43,684 bases of DNA from Candidatus Saccharimonadota bacterium (GTDB lineage: Bacteria > Patescibacteriota > Saccharimonadia > Saccharimonadales > JAXHNE01): positions 1 through 43,684 of the forward strand of contig JAXHNE010000001.1 in NCBI GenBank assembly GCA_034520885.1, written 5' to 3'. Within the stretch, counting starts at the first letter, position 1, and each line of letters opens with the position of its first letter. A program made the position numbers and the translations under genes. A model generated the notes under the pieces. That model was not told where the DNA came from and did not search any database. It worked only from the letters and a program-made list of their open reading frames with translations. This document shows positions 1-12,130 of the stretch, piece by piece.

Positions 1-512
1 CGATGTTCCTGTCAAAGGAACGCGAACCGACGTCAAAGTAGGGAGTGGTATGGCCAGCCAAGCCGTTTTCGCTACTCACGATTTCGAAGGTTTCGTTGGT
101 GACAATATCAACGATGAGCTTTTGCTTGTCAGCAGTTCTGGGGCAGTTTGCGGGACTCGACAGGCAAAGGTCAAACTGGGAGTCGATTAAGACTCGTGCT
201 ATGACAGGCTTCCGATACATGCCGTAGGGAGGAGAAAAACAAGAAAAACTTTACAACGAGCTTTACGGCGAAATGTTTAGGATTTGCCCGGAACTTCAAG
301 AATTATATTCTAAGTCATATAAGCTAATGACGTCACTTCTTGCTGATGATGAAAAATTTGCTGCCACAAATTTTGCGGAGGTGCTTGAGAAGCGAACGGC
401 TCTAAAGAGGAAGTGATTCGACCAAAAGCTATGCAAAATTTAGGTATGAGGCTTGATTCACTAGATTTTGACAGTAACTCTTTATCGCATAACTTTGAAA
501 TAAGAGTTCTGA

Positions 513-665
513 CGATCCACGCAGGATACCTTTGAGAAAAATACGCTGTCTTTGCCAATCAACACGGTTCGTGAACTTGGCTGGCGTGAACGGCAAAAGC
601 TTGGCCGTCGTCGCCAGGGCAAAAAACTAATCGTCCAAGACTGGAACCCCCAACCTAGTAGTTAG
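513..665 (+). CDS. 3' part of a small basic hypothetical protein (...LPINTVRELGWRERQKLGRRRQGKKLIVQDWNPQPSS*); 5' end unresolved
   Basis: Open frame read by eye, ending at TAG 663-665. Its last codons recur at 1354-1372. No start found, probably because of an upstream indel. Confidence 0.4.
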   Translation, partial: RSTQDTFEKNTLSLPINTVRELGWRERQKLGRRRQGKKLIVQDWNPQPSS

Positions 666-850
666 TAGATGGTATTTAGGAGTTAGTATTCAGTACTTAT
701 TTGCTTTTTTCTGTTTTAAGGGTGCCGTGAAGGTTCTACGAAGGTTTTCGCTACTGCTTTGAGTAGAATGACAGCGGCATTAGAAAAGTGGATTTCGGAC
801 GGAATCCTTGGCTTCAGCTTCACGGCTGCGTGCCCATTCGCGATCTGTTT

Positions 851-1279
851 TTACGCTTTGCGGGTACGAACTATACCCATTCCAATCGCTCCCACCCCTA
901 CCACTTGAGAAACTCTTCCAAACACATCAGAAGTGGTTGCTAGCCTTTCTCGCCTCAAGATCGTCCTCACAAATTGCAAGGCCAGAGCATGCCCAACAGA
1001 TAGCTCAATGTCCTCACCTCCGATAACGACGTCTGAGACCTTCGTAGTCAGCTGTAAAGTGCCGGTCAGAGTCTTCAATAATTGCATTCCCAAGCACTAA
1101 CATACCTAGGTCTTTTTGTTGTTGTTCGGTCGCTGTCCGAATATGCTGCCACTTCGTCTCTTCCAACTCACGCATCTGTCACAGATTCTGGAGTACCTAC
1201 ACCTGCATTCTCACCGCCAAAATATGCCCGTCAAACCCGCCCTGCCGACTACGCAAGCAAGTTTTGATTCTATAGCCAT
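851..1279 (-). CDS. Hypothetical protein, probably frameshifted
   Basis: ATG at 1279 (minus strand) preceded by AAGGAG; joins ORF 851..1093 only if an indel is assumed. Confidence 0.35.
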
Positions 1280-1792
1280 ATTTACTCCTTATGTGAAGCA
1301 AACTTATTACAGCATTCTGGCGAAAACTTGTTTCCAAGGAGGCTCCTGGGAATACTAATAGCCCAAGACTGGGAAGCGTCAGCGGGCGCTACGCGCGGTG
1401 ATAGTAGGTAATAGGATCATCGGTGATGGTTGGAAGATTGGGAGGTGGTTGTTAATTAGATTGTCCTTAAAAAGTCGGGATTTAGTATTATTGTTTCTGG
1501 TGCTGCCTTAGGAGCAATGGATAACGCTACTGCTTTGAACGGATTAAAGACAATCAGATCTAAAGTCTTGACAAGTTATTAAAGAATTAACATATGTCTA
1601 AGTTCAGCAAGACCCAATCACACGAAGATATATGCAGGGGGTTGACGATGCCTTAGCAACATATAGGTCAGCAATGATCTTCGGCTTACATGAAATTGCC
1701 GAAACTGCACGTCATGAATTAGATGAACTTGAAATGCCTACATTTCCAGAGAAAGTTCTGCCGTTGAAAACGGTCGAATATGCTTAAGGGAG

Positions 1793-2254
1793 ATGACTGA
1801 TGGCGTATTAGAAGAAGCTGGATACGATCTTGCTCATGAACAGCCAGCCCCGGTTGTTATTTTTGACGTCCCTTCTCCTGAAGGAGTTCAAGGGGATTTC
1901 AATCTAAAAATCTATTCTATAGATGATAACGTAGCTGGCTTCAACACATCCGGGAGTACGCAAGAAAAAGATCGCCACAGAAATAGGCGGCGCTGGATAA
2001 TTATTACTGATTGCGGTATAGATTTTGGAGCAGCGTTTGACAATAAAGGAGTAATATACCCTGACGGAACACATGAACGCACAGGATACGAAGAAAATTT
2101 TTTGACACCGGTCCGGGAAATAAGATACAAGACTTCTACGCTGACAAGAGCGGACACCTGGGGTCTAAATTATGGCAAGAAGGTGGCAAGAAACTTGATT
2201 CATGAAGTATGTAGAAGGGATTCCAGATGGCGACGATTGAAACACAACAACTGA
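1793..2254 (+). CDS. Hypothetical protein; likely extends upstream to ~1594 through frameshifts
   Basis: 153-aa ORF. The upstream frame YMQGVDDALATYRSAMIFGL resembles the N-terminus of the next ORF. Confidence 0.5.
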   Translation: MTDGVLEEAGYDLAHEQPAPVVIFDVPSPEGVQGDFNLKIYSIDDNVAGFNTSGSTQEKDRHRNRRRWIIITDCGIDFGAAFDNKGVIYPDGTHERTGYEENFLTPVREIRYKTSTLTRADTWGLNYGKKVARNLIHEVCRRDSRWRRLKHNN

Positions 2255-2706
2255 ATTACATGGAACAGATAGATGACGTTCTAGCAAAATACCAGAGCCG
2301 TCTAGAAACTGGCTTGAATAGTATATTTAACGAAGCAGATCAAAAATTGATTGAAGTTGGAGAAAGACTGGTTCCAGACAAATGTTGGCGTCCAACTGAA
2401 AGTTACCAATCAGCTTACGAGGAATTTATCGATACAACTACAAAAAATATTGGTCGTATTGCTAGAACAAATTTTGGTTACATTAAGGTTATTAACCAAG
2501 GCACTGTTATTGATGAAATGTGTTGCGCTGGGTCTGAAATTACAGCAACCCAAGGTGGAGTTATAAATAATCGCATAAAACAAGGTGCTGATTACGGAGA
2601 ATTCGGCACTTTTAAACAAGATCCTGATGACACAACAGCTAATAGAATCGAGAATTTATCATATGCAATACGTAGAGATAATAGCGATCTGGATTTATGG
2701 GAATGA
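2227..2706 (+). CDS. Hypothetical protein
   Basis: 159-aa ORF in a chain of overlapping AT-rich orphan ORFs. Confidence 0.55.
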   Translation: MATIETQQLNYMEQIDDVLAKYQSRLETGLNSIFNEADQKLIEVGERLVPDKCWRPTESYQSAYEEFIDTTTKNIGRIARTNFGYIKVINQGTVIDEMCCAGSEITATQGGVINNRIKQGADYGEFGTFKQDPDDTTANRIENLSYAIRRDNSDLDLWE

Positions 2707-2739
2707 CAACGCCTGAAAATTTTTACGGAGCTACAGCCA

Positions 2740-3048
2740 ATGGAGTTTGATCCAGACCTTCGTATGCTTTTATTTAGTCAAGGTGAGCAAAATCGTTTTG
2801 GCTTTGACGCCATGCACCAAGCTGAGGAAGCGCCGGAACTAACAGCGTCAGTTGCTAACGTACTCAGTATGGCAGTTACAGGTATGCAGCAAGCCATCAC
2901 TGCAGGAGATGAATCAAGTCATACTAAGTTGGAAGAAATAAAAACAATTGAGAAAACTTATAAACAGTTACTACCGTTTGGCGAAGCAATTCTTGGCTCA
3001 GAGATTGATAAAATGTTAGACGATTTAGGCAACGATAATGATTCTTAG
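2740..3048 (+). CDS. Hypothetical protein (true start possibly the ATGA at 2703 with an indel)
   Basis: 102-aa ORF overlapping the next ORF. Confidence 0.5.
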   Translation: MEFDPDLRMLLFSQGEQNRFGFDAMHQAEEAPELTASVANVLSMAVTGMQQAITAGDESSHTKLEEIKTIEKTYKQLLPFGEAILGSEIDKMLDDLGNDNDS

Positions 3049-3729
3049 AGAACAGCCACCTCAGCTTACAGAAGGTCAAGGGCATATCTGGGCACACAAT
3101 ACTGGAGGTGAGCATGCAAACAAGTTCATTGGAACTGAAGTCAATGAATTTAACGGACTTAGGCAATATCTTGATCCTGTTCCTGAAGAGCTAACACAAG
3201 ATGAAGTATTTGAGTTGATGTATAGCGATGGTCAAGAAGTCGTATTTGGGCACATTGTTCCGCCGGAATATGACGAGCAGTTGGGGCACGTCTGGCCGGG
3301 TCTATAGCGGTTAGGAATATTAATCCTGAAGAATTTGAGTACCGCATAACAATGACTGAGCTTGTGGTAGCTCCTGAGCATAGATTTCAAGGAGTCGCAA
3401 GCTGGTTGATAGGGCGGTCGCTTGAACTTATAGCCCATGACCCCAGGCTACAACCCACCGAACTGGCAATAGATGCTTCAGTATTTTCAATTGATGAAGG
3501 ATTTAGAGAAAAGTTATATGAGTTTGGCTTTCGCCACCAGCTTGATGACAATAGCCCAGCACTTTGGTTGCCTGGCAATACGCTACAGCCAAGATTTGAT
3601 TGGGATGACCCAGATTTTAAGCCAGACATTGAAGAAATCATAGCCAGAATGCCAGATAACTGGAACGGTCATTTACCTTTTAGTATTGAGCAAGATGGCA
3701 AGACAAGAATTTACAGAATGGCCAAGTAG
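3038..3729 (+). CDS. GNAT-family N-acetyltransferase-like protein, split by a frameshift near 3300
   Basis: Acetyl-CoA-binding motif A-like LVVAPEHRFQGVASWLI in 3352..3729; 3038..3307 is the probable N-terminal half. Confidence 0.55.
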
Positions 3730-4024
3730 TAGGATCATATAAACGCATTACAGATAGTCAAGAGTTTGTTGAAGATAGAGGTTCGTTTGTATCCGACTAT
3801 CAAATATTGATGCCGAAGGAAGCGAAGCCGACAAACTTGAAGCAGCTGGCCATGATGAAGCAAGCATCTACATTTTAAATAAGTTAACAAACTTTGAGGT
3901 TTCAGACGATGGCAACGCCTGAAGAAAACCCGTCTAAGCTAAGCTCAGGAGCGTACGAAAAAGCACATCACTTTGCTCAGGGTGCCATAATGGGAGGTGG
4001 TTACTTAATGGCTTAGGTTCGAAC

Positions 4025-5088
4025 CTAAATTCTAGAACCAAACGCAACTTGCGTTAAGTCTAGCGGTTTGTCTTGGTTTTGTACAAGCCAGTTGTAGACT
4101 TCCTGTGGCGTATGCCACTGGAGTCTCTCTGGGCTTGTTGTTTAGTTCCAACAATGTTATCTAGCTCTTTTTGGGTAAGGTTACGGATGTCCATTCGTTT
4201 CGGGAGATAAGCCCGCAGTTGGCGGTTGCTGTTTTCGTTGGCTCCACGTTGCCAAGAGCTGTACGGATCAGCGAAGTAGACGTCAATGCCGGAGGTGTGT
4301 TCACACGTTCAGTAACAGTGAACTCACTGCCATTGTCGAAAGTAATGGTATAAGCAACATGACTTCGTAATTTACGAATGACGGCATCTGCCGTCTGGGC
4401 AGCTGTCTTCTGGGTAAGTTTCGTGAAGGCAACTAAGCTACTGACACGCTCATTAACTGTGTTAATGGCGTGTTTATGGGTATCGGTGACACTATTATCA
4501 CCTTCCCAGTCACCTAAACGAGCCTTCTCGGCCACTATCACTGGCCTGTCATGGATAGGTACCCGGTACGATATCTGGACTTATGCGCGGAACGACCAGT
4601 TTGTTTGGTGCGTCGTTTCTTGCCCTGACGTCATCTTCGTCACTTTCTCGGCAATGGCATAGACATGGTGTAAATCCAATCAGGTTAATAGTTGGCACAC
4701 ACGAGCATCTGAAAACCCTCAGCCTTCAGTCGACCGCAGATCATACTTGGATCCCAACCTTTCTGTAAGCAGGCAACAATCCGACCTCGTTGGTAGTTAG
4801 CTGGGTGATCTAACTTCGGTATCTGTTTACAGCGTTTTCGGTTTGTCTTGCTCAGCGACCGTCAATCCACTCATGGTAGGTACCCGATCCATCCAAGCCT
4901 TTCTTAATCTCCCGGCCAATGGTACTGGGGCTACGCCCCAGTCGTAAGGCTATCTCTTTGTTTGTATACTGTTCACGGAGCAGGGTTTCTATCCTGCCTC
5001 TATCCGCAGCCGTTAATGTGACTCATCTTAACCTCCTTAAAGGTTCCGATGTTCCGTTAGTTGGTTGCGTTTGATGTTGGAACTGCGG
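4025..5088 (-). mobile_element. IS30-family insertion sequence; transposase ~5026..4025 (minus), frameshifted
   Basis: RLGDWEGD and TITFDNGSEF motifs. Imperfect terminal IRs: ttctagaaccaaacgcaac (~4030) and gttgcgtttgatgttggaa (~5064). SD AAGGAGGT before ATG 5026. Confidence 0.85.
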
Positions 5089-5250
5089 GAGAGAATTAAA
5101 GGGTTCGATTGTGGGTGATGATATATGATATTGACCTAAACTTGCATCTGCATATGTCGCCTCGTCGAGCCGGCTAGCTTTGCTTTTGTCTTTTCAAACA
5201 GCGCCCCTGGGGCATTTTTATTTATCAGAAACATCTATAATGGAGGAAAT

Positions 5251-6560
5251 ATGAGTTTATCCAGCAACCAATTAAAGGCGCGCGGGATTTTTATCCGGAG
5301 GACATGCGCCAGCGCGAGTACATCTTTGCGGTATGGAAAGAGGTGTGCGAGCTATTCAGCTACGAAGCTTACGACGCGCGATTTTGGAACCCACCGACTT
5401 GTATCTGACCAAAGGCAGCGAATAAATCATTAACGCAGCATACGTAACAGTTTTAAAGATCGCGGTGATCGCAACCTTACCGTGCGCACCGAAATGACGC
5501 CCAGCGTCAGCCGTATGGTGGCGGCGCGGCGCCAAGAGTTGGCGTATCCGCTGCGGCTGTATTCCATTCCGCAGTGTTGGCGCTACGAGCGCATGCAACG
5601 CGGCCGCGGGCGGGAATTCTACCAGCTGAACGTGGATCTCTTTGGCGACGAATCGCTGAACGCCGAGGTAGAGATGATTGAAATTTCCGATACGGTTTTG
5701 CGTAAATTCGGCGCCAAGCGTTCCATGTACGAAATCAAACTTAATAGCCGAAAACTGATCGATGGCTTTTTAACCGATGAACTCAAACTGGATAAAACTC
5801 CGTAGCCGACACCATCCGCCGGCTGATTGACCGCATGCATAAAATGGCCACGCCCGCCTTTACCGCTCAGGTGGAAAACACCTTGAGTCCCACGCAGCGG
5901 GATGACGGAGCACTGGATAAGCTTTTGGCATTTTTAAAGGCCGATTCGCTTGAGCATTTGCCCGAAAGTGTGCGCTCGCATCAATCGGTGGATGACCTAA
6001 AACGGCTTATGCGGGATATGGAGGGGCTCAACATCACCAACGCGGTGTTCGACCCCACGCTGATGCGCGGGTTCGACTACTACACCGACATTGCTTTTGA
6101 AGTGTTCGATACTGATCCGCAAAACAATCGTTCCATGTTCGGCGGCGGCCGTTACGACGGGTTGGTGGGGGCGTTCGGCGTGGATCCGATACCGACGATC
6201 GGCTTTGGCATGGGCGGTGTGGCCTTGCCAGATTTTACGCTCGCATGGGCTTACCAAGGAAATTCCTTCCACCACGGACATGTATTTGTTTTCCGTGGGC
6301 GACGGTCGATGAAACCATGGGCGTGGCCCAATTGAACTGGTGAAATCCTGGGCATAGGCGTAGCGACCGACGTGACCAATCAAACCGGCCAAAAAGATCA
6401 AAAACGCCGTAAAAATGGGCGTGCGTTACGCCTTGATCATTGGCGAGGACGAGGTGCAAAACCGGCAGTACACCCTAAAAAACTTAAAATCCGGCACCGA
6501 AGAGAAAAGCACAGCCTGCAACGAATCGTCAGTATCGTGGAAGATTACCGTGCGGGTTAA
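5251..6560 (+). CDS. hisS: Histidyl-tRNA synthetase (multiple apparent sequencing frameshifts)
   Basis: KGARDFYP start, WRYERMQRGRGREFYQ (motif 2), RGFDYYT, GGGRYDGLV, and a C-terminal anticodon-binding domain. Confidence 0.92.
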
Positions 6561-7632
6561 GTTTTTATAGTGCTCGGCCATAGGTGTCGTAATGGATTGG
6601 TGGGCTAAAAGGATCTCATCCACCTCTTTAAACGGGCAGTCCACTACCGTCGGTGTGAAAATAGGGAAAATGCAAAACTGAACTTCTAATTCCGCTTCAG
6701 GCTACCGATATGGCTCGACTTGTTCTGGGGTAACGTGCATATCAAGTTCAATATTGTAAGCTCGGCCTGGTAGCGTAAAACCCTCGCCGTGGCAAGTCGG
6801 CTGCACGCTGATTGTATCGTCGTTGACCGCTAAACGGGCAAGCAGAACATGGCAGGTTTATGAAAGTCGGTTGTAACTCATCGATATGTAGATGCTTAAT
6901 TTACCAATGAGTATGCAATCATATACAATACTTAGGGATCCAGTTGCATGAAAACTGTAAAAACTCGTGTAATACACGTATTGTGGAACGAAAGTTAGTA
7001 TTCTTAAGTCGAGATAGCTGAAATCATCTGGCGAAGATGTTGTTAATGCTGCCGTTAATGAACAATCGGTTGATGATGGCAATGCTTATTCCCTCGGCAA
7101 GCCAAAAAAATGTCACCCGATAAACTTCGCCAGCGTATTCAGATTGGCGGCGTGCTGTGGACTCACTCGGCCGGTATTTTATACGTGCCTAGTGAAGTTA
7201 AAGTCACCGAAGCAGCAATTACTGGCCCGGAAAAGCGTAGCGTGCCTGGTTATTTAAAGGTTCAATGCAAAAAACCTGGGAGATCATGTTTTTGCGGAAA
7301 CCGACTATTCACGCCGTGAGCATCTTCGAGTTGCGGCGCACACCACTGTTTTTGCCTTGCGTGATGCGCTGAGTTTACCGGTCAGGTTCTCTACAGCTCA
7401 ACACATCCGCGGCAGCAACCCACGTAAATCCAGAAAATACCCGTGTTTTTAGTATGTCAGAGAGCAGTTCTTCCCTGGCAGCCACAACATTGCTGCCCGG
7501 TTTTACGCAACCTTGGCTGCGGTGTTCAGGAAATTGAAGGTGGTCACGACGATATACTGGTTAACCCTTTCTGCGGTTCTTCAAGTTGCTGGCCTTGCCC
7601 AAAAGTAAAAGCCTTGAACCCGACCGCTACCC

Positions 7633-8707
7633 TGTACGGTTCGCATGAATAAGCGCCACTTCTAGTAAAATCAATAACTAGGAGAGAGTGCTTATGAAAC
7701 ATACTGGTTCACAAACCAGAACCGGCGTAGTAGTGCCCAAACTTGATAGTATTCAGTAAACTGTTAAGTTAATAAGACCGCGAAGCAAAGACTAAAATGG
7801 ATTGACTACTACGCCAGTCACAATAATAACGCCAGATTAACCTGTAGGCATTACGGTATAGCTCACAGAACTTTCTATCGTTACTACAATAGATTTAAGT
7901 CCGAAGGCTTAAGCGGCCTGGAATCGCTTTCATGCAGACCCAGGAAGCTAAGGTCACCGACTACCCCACGAAACGTGGTAGATACAGTCAAGCAATTACG
8001 TAAAGCCAACCCGGAATACTCTAAGTACAAGTTGGCTGTCATTCTAAAACGAGACTACGGGTTCAGTGTTAGCGCCTCTACCATAGGCCGGATAATAACC
8101 AGGTATGACCTGTTTTTTACCGCACCGGTAAAACCCAAGAAACACCCCCAAAGACGCAAGAGCGCGAACCGTATACGTAAACCGGCCGACCTGTCCGTTT
8201 CGAGTCCGGGCCGGCTCGTAGAGGTAGACGTAAAACATCTGCCTAACCTGGGATCCAAAAGATACGCCTTCGTTGCCGTGGACGTCGTCAGCAAACAAGC
8301 ATCGGTACACGTGGCCGGTACAATTTCCAGTGCTCAGGGAGCACTGGCTTGGAAAAAGGCAGTACATCGACTGGGTCTCCCCAGAATGCTGGTTACCGAC
8401 AACGGTAGCGAGAACTATGGAGCCTTTGAAAAATTAGTGGAATCGCAGCCCGTAAAACATTACTGGGCAAGACCAAGAACGCCAAAAGACAAACCACACG
8501 TTGAAAGGTTGATCGGAAGCATGGAAAGCGAGTGTATCCAGTGGGGAGGAGTAGCCACTGACTTACAAGATCAGCAAGACGTCATAAATGAGTGGCTACA
8601 AAAGTACCACGACTACCGACCCCATGAATCACTAAACTACTTGACCCCGAACCAATACAAGTCCAAAATCCAGGACGAGAAAGTGGCGCTTAGGTTATGA
8701 ACCACCA
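7633..8707 (+). mobile_element. IS481-family insertion sequence; transposase ~7694..8700
   Basis: HTH region (RLKWIDYY..LTCRHYGIAHRTFYRY) in frame with a DDE core (VEVDVK, TDNGSE, KPHVER, RPHESL). IRs: tgtacggttcgcatgaataagcgccactt and aagtggcgcttaggttatgaacc. Confidence 0.85.
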
Positions 8708-8949
8708 GCCGCTCCTGGATATTTATTGTTTAATATATAAAAGTAACAGTCTATAGTCTTGCTGGCTATGTGTCACTTTAAAGACTACTTTACTATGAGA
8801 GCGCGTCAGAAATGAGTCTGATGCGCGTCGAAGAGAAAAGTCTTGCAAAACGACTGCAGGGCGCGGGCGATACGTAAAACGTTGCGTGAATAATTAACGG
8901 TTGGCAGGACTTAAGTCGACAGAAAGGCTACTCTGCCGGGTCTGCGGTG

Positions 8950-10263
8950 TAAACCACCGGTGACTTCGAATACCGAATCGGTGATGAGCGTCATCACCAA
9001 GCAGGAGAAAGAATTACGCGCCAATTAAAGACGCCGTGGTGCAAGCCATGGGCAAAAACGTGAAAAGTCCAGGGCTTTCGCGATGGTACGGCTCCGTTGA
9101 ATCTGGTTGAAAAGCAGCTCGACCCGCAGCAACTGCGACAGACCTTCCTGGAAGAAGCCATTAACCAGATGCACCCGCAAGCCGTGCGCCGAAGAAGAAG
9201 CTCCGGCCGGTGGCCAACCCGGAGCTCAAGATGAGAAAGTTTCGTGCCGTTCTGCGGAGCTGGAGATTCGAGGCCACCGTCCACCCGTGGTGCAGGAGGT
9301 CAAGTTGCCGAATTATCCGGCGGGTCAAGCTGCTTCGAAACCCGAGGAAAAGAGTCGCCGCCAAAGAGGTAAACGACGTGGTCAGAAAACCTACGCGAAC
9401 GCCTGGGCGAAGAAAAGGACGTGACCCGCGCCGCCAAAAACCGGCGATAAAGTATGGATGGACTTTACCGGCAAGGACGCCGACGGCCAGCCGGTAAAAG
9501 GCGCCGAAGGCGAAAACTTGTGCCCTTGATCTTGGGCAGCAACAGCTTTTTATTCCGGGTTCGAAGAAGAGCTCGTGGGCGCCAAGGCGGGAGAGGAAAA
9601 ATCTTTCACGCTGACTTCTTCCCAGAGGATTATGGCGTGACTTCTAATGTGCGGAATAAAAAGGTCACCTTTGACGTAAAAGTCGGCGAAGCTACAAGAG
9701 GTCATTAAGCCCGAGGCCAACGATGGAATGGCCAAGAAGCCGGCCCCGTTCGAAACCCTGGCGCAATTAAAGGACGACATTAAAGAACAACTGCAGCAGG
9801 AAAAAAATCGCCAGGCGGGCATGAAGTACGAATCCGACCTCAGTGCGCAAAATTACCGAAAAAACGGAAGTGGAAATTCCCCAATTACTGATTGGCCAAA
9901 CCGTGGACAAGCTGATCGACGAGCAAAAGCAAAACTTGACGCACCAAGGGCAAACCTGGAAAGGAGAACTTTTCAAGGCGACCGGGAAAAACCGAGGAAG
10001 AATCTGGAGAACCTCCCTGGAGCCGACCGCGAAGAACGCGTCAAAGCCAGCCTGGTAATGCTCCAAGTGAAGTGGCCGACGAAGAGGAGTTGGACGTCAC
10101 GCCGGAAGAGCTGGAAACCCGCATCCAGGCACTAAAAGGCCAGTATCCGGATCAGCAAATGCCAGGCCGATATGGACAAACCGGAAGTCCGGCGAGACGT
10201 CGCCATGCGCATGCTTAAGCGAAGAAACGGTGGCCAGCTACGCACGAATACGCCCAGAAATGA
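8950..10263 (+). CDS. tig: Trigger factor (many apparent frameshifts; start approximate)
   Basis: PGFRxG.AP ribosome-binding signature near 9070, FKBP-like LGSNSFIPGFEE.LVG and FPEDY segments, and tig-clpP synteny. Confidence 0.85.
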
Positions 10264-10534
10264 AAAAGACCCGCAAACGACTTAATAACACGTGAAACCT
10301 CGCGCATGGAACCGGGTAGTCAGCCGTTTGGTTCAGTCACTTTATACAGCCAGTGGTGCGAATAAAAGAAACTGAAGCCGATGTGTTCGTTGACCCGCCA
10401 GCGCTCGAACAGCAGTTATCACCCCAGAGAGCAAGAGCGACTACGTGAAGTTGGCAAAGAGGCTTTTTTTGCAAGCCCCGCACTCGGTATGGCGGTTCAC
10501 GTTCGAAAAGAGCCGGACGAGACAAGGGAGTGAA

Positions 10535-10561
10535 TTAGCACTCGTACTTGACGAGTGCTAA
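10535..10561 (+). promoter_or_regulatory. CIRCE element (HrcA operator)
   Basis: Exact TTAGCACTC-N9-GAGTGCTAA. Confidence 0.95.
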
Positions 10562-10576
10562 TCGGCGTATTAAAAT
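10548..10576 (+). promoter_or_regulatory. Sigma70 promoter of clpP, probably leaderless
   Basis: TTGACG-17 nt-TAAAAT, with ATG 7 nt downstream at 10584 and no SD. Confidence 0.75.
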
Positions 10577-10583
10577 CCTTATT

Positions 10584-11208
10584 ATGAGCGATAAGCCATC
10601 AAGCGTTTTGATTCCGACCGTTATTGAACAAGAAGGCCGTATGGAGCGCGCCTACGATATATATTCGCGGCTATTAAAAGACCGCATTATCTTTTTGGGT
10701 GACCAAGTCAACGAACACACCGCCAACTTAATCGTGGCCCAACTTTTATTTTTGGATAACCAGGATTCCGGGAAAGACATCAGCCTTTACATCAACAGCC
10801 CCGGCGGCATAGTGTATTACGATGCCCTGGCGATTTATGACACCATGAACTTCGTAAAGAGCGATCTGCAAAAACGTCCGTGCGGTATCGGGGTGCAGGC
10901 CTCCGCCGCCGCGTTTTTACTGAGCTCCGGCACCAAAGGCAAGCGTATGCTTTTGCCGCACGCCACGGTGATGGTGCACCAGCCCTCCAGCGGTACGCGT
11001 GGGAAGGTGACCGATCAGGAAATTGATCTTCGCGAGTCTTTGCGCGTCAAAGGATTGTTGGAAAACAGCCTGTGGCCCAAAGATCACCGGCCAAACCGCC
11101 AAAACCATTCACCGGGACATGGAACGTGACAAATGGATGGACGCCGAAGAATCCGTCAAATACGGCATAGCCGACAAAGTCATCAAAACCCTCCCCACTA
11201 AAAAATAG
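10584..11208 (+). CDS. clpP: ATP-dependent Clp protease proteolytic subunit (frameshift near 11065)
   Basis: [34 protein letters not shown] and [19 protein letters not shown] motifs. Confidence 0.95.
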
Positions 11209-11357
11209 CTCAAAAACAACTCACTACTTAAAGGAACCCCCCGTCTAAGTTAAGTCAGTTGAAAGTAGTTAGTTAACAGTCAACAGCCAAAACCGCCTGG
11301 AATTGTCTAAGCAGTTTTTGCATACTACTAGCTAATATTGTATAGTCTACTATTAGA

Positions 11358-11756
11358 ATGAGTGAGTTTAGCTATCGTGGGCTTGAAGATTTAGATCTCT
11401 GGGACGAAGAAGATCACTTTCTGAGCGATTTATCGGATGCTAGGATGTTAGAGGAGGCTCGGAGCCTGGGCTTAGGGTACTTGTCAGACGAGCATGACGA
11501 ACTGTTAGCCGAAGAAGCCGAGACTGACAAATTGTTTGAGGAAACTCTTGCAAAAATGAACCAGGCAGCAGATCCAATGTCATTTGACGTTTCCGTGCTG
11601 CCGGGTCTACTAGACAACTGGATGGGTGGACGCATGGATCCTGAAGTCGCTGAGCAACTAGCAACAGCGGCCGAAGAAGCCTGGCGTGAAACTTTTCCAA
11701 AGAAGTTGGCGAGTCACCGACAAGCTCAATGCTTTCATGATTCAACAGGTTGTTGA
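11358..11756 (+). CDS. Acidic hypothetical protein
   Basis: 132-aa ORF; the 3' end may be frameshifted. Confidence 0.5.
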   Translation: MSEFSYRGLEDLDLWDEEDHFLSDLSDARMLEEARSLGLGYLSDEHDELLAEEAETDKLFEETLAKMNQAADPMSFDVSVLPGLLDNWMGGRMDPEVAEQLATAAEEAWRETFPKKLASHRQAQCFHDSTGC

Positions 11757-11777
11757 AATGATGACAAGTTGGCTAAA

Positions 11778-12130
11778 ATGGCAAAAAGGCGAGCGGCGGA
11801 CGGCGCCTGAGCATGAACCGAGGTTTTTGGATACCGAGCTGGACGTGTGGTACGACGACACGGAGGCGTTTGAGCACGAGACGGTTGTTGTATTCGGACT
11901 TTGACGGAGGATCTCCTGAAAACACCAATCACTTGTCCGACAGAACGCGGTATGTGGTGGCAGGAGAAGGTGTCATGACGATTTCCGGGGTAGAGATTGC
12001 GTTTACGGAGGGTGATGAAGTAATACGTGCCCAAAGGCGTTTCCTCGGATGGTAAAGGGTAAGGCCAGTATGATTACTACCTTTGAGCCGATTCTTGCTC
12101 CGCGTTTTGCTTACTTTGGGGGATGAAAAG
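11778..12130 (+). CDS. Cupin-like protein, frameshifted (end approximate)
   Basis: NHLSDRTRYVVAGEGVMTISG...FTEGDEV fits the cupin beta-barrel pattern. Confidence 0.45.

Noticed and set aside
555-640. rpmH (L34) fragment
   Set aside because: The similarity is only basic composition and needs several indels; a different uninterrupted frame explains the region better.
6560-7632. Coding content between hisS and IS481
   Set aside because: Only short conflicting ORFs in an error-rich region; no product can be supported.
3929-11254. CCCGTCTAAG(C/T)TAAG at 3929 and 11240
   Set aside because: An isolated 14/15 match spanning core genes; no element can be defined from it.
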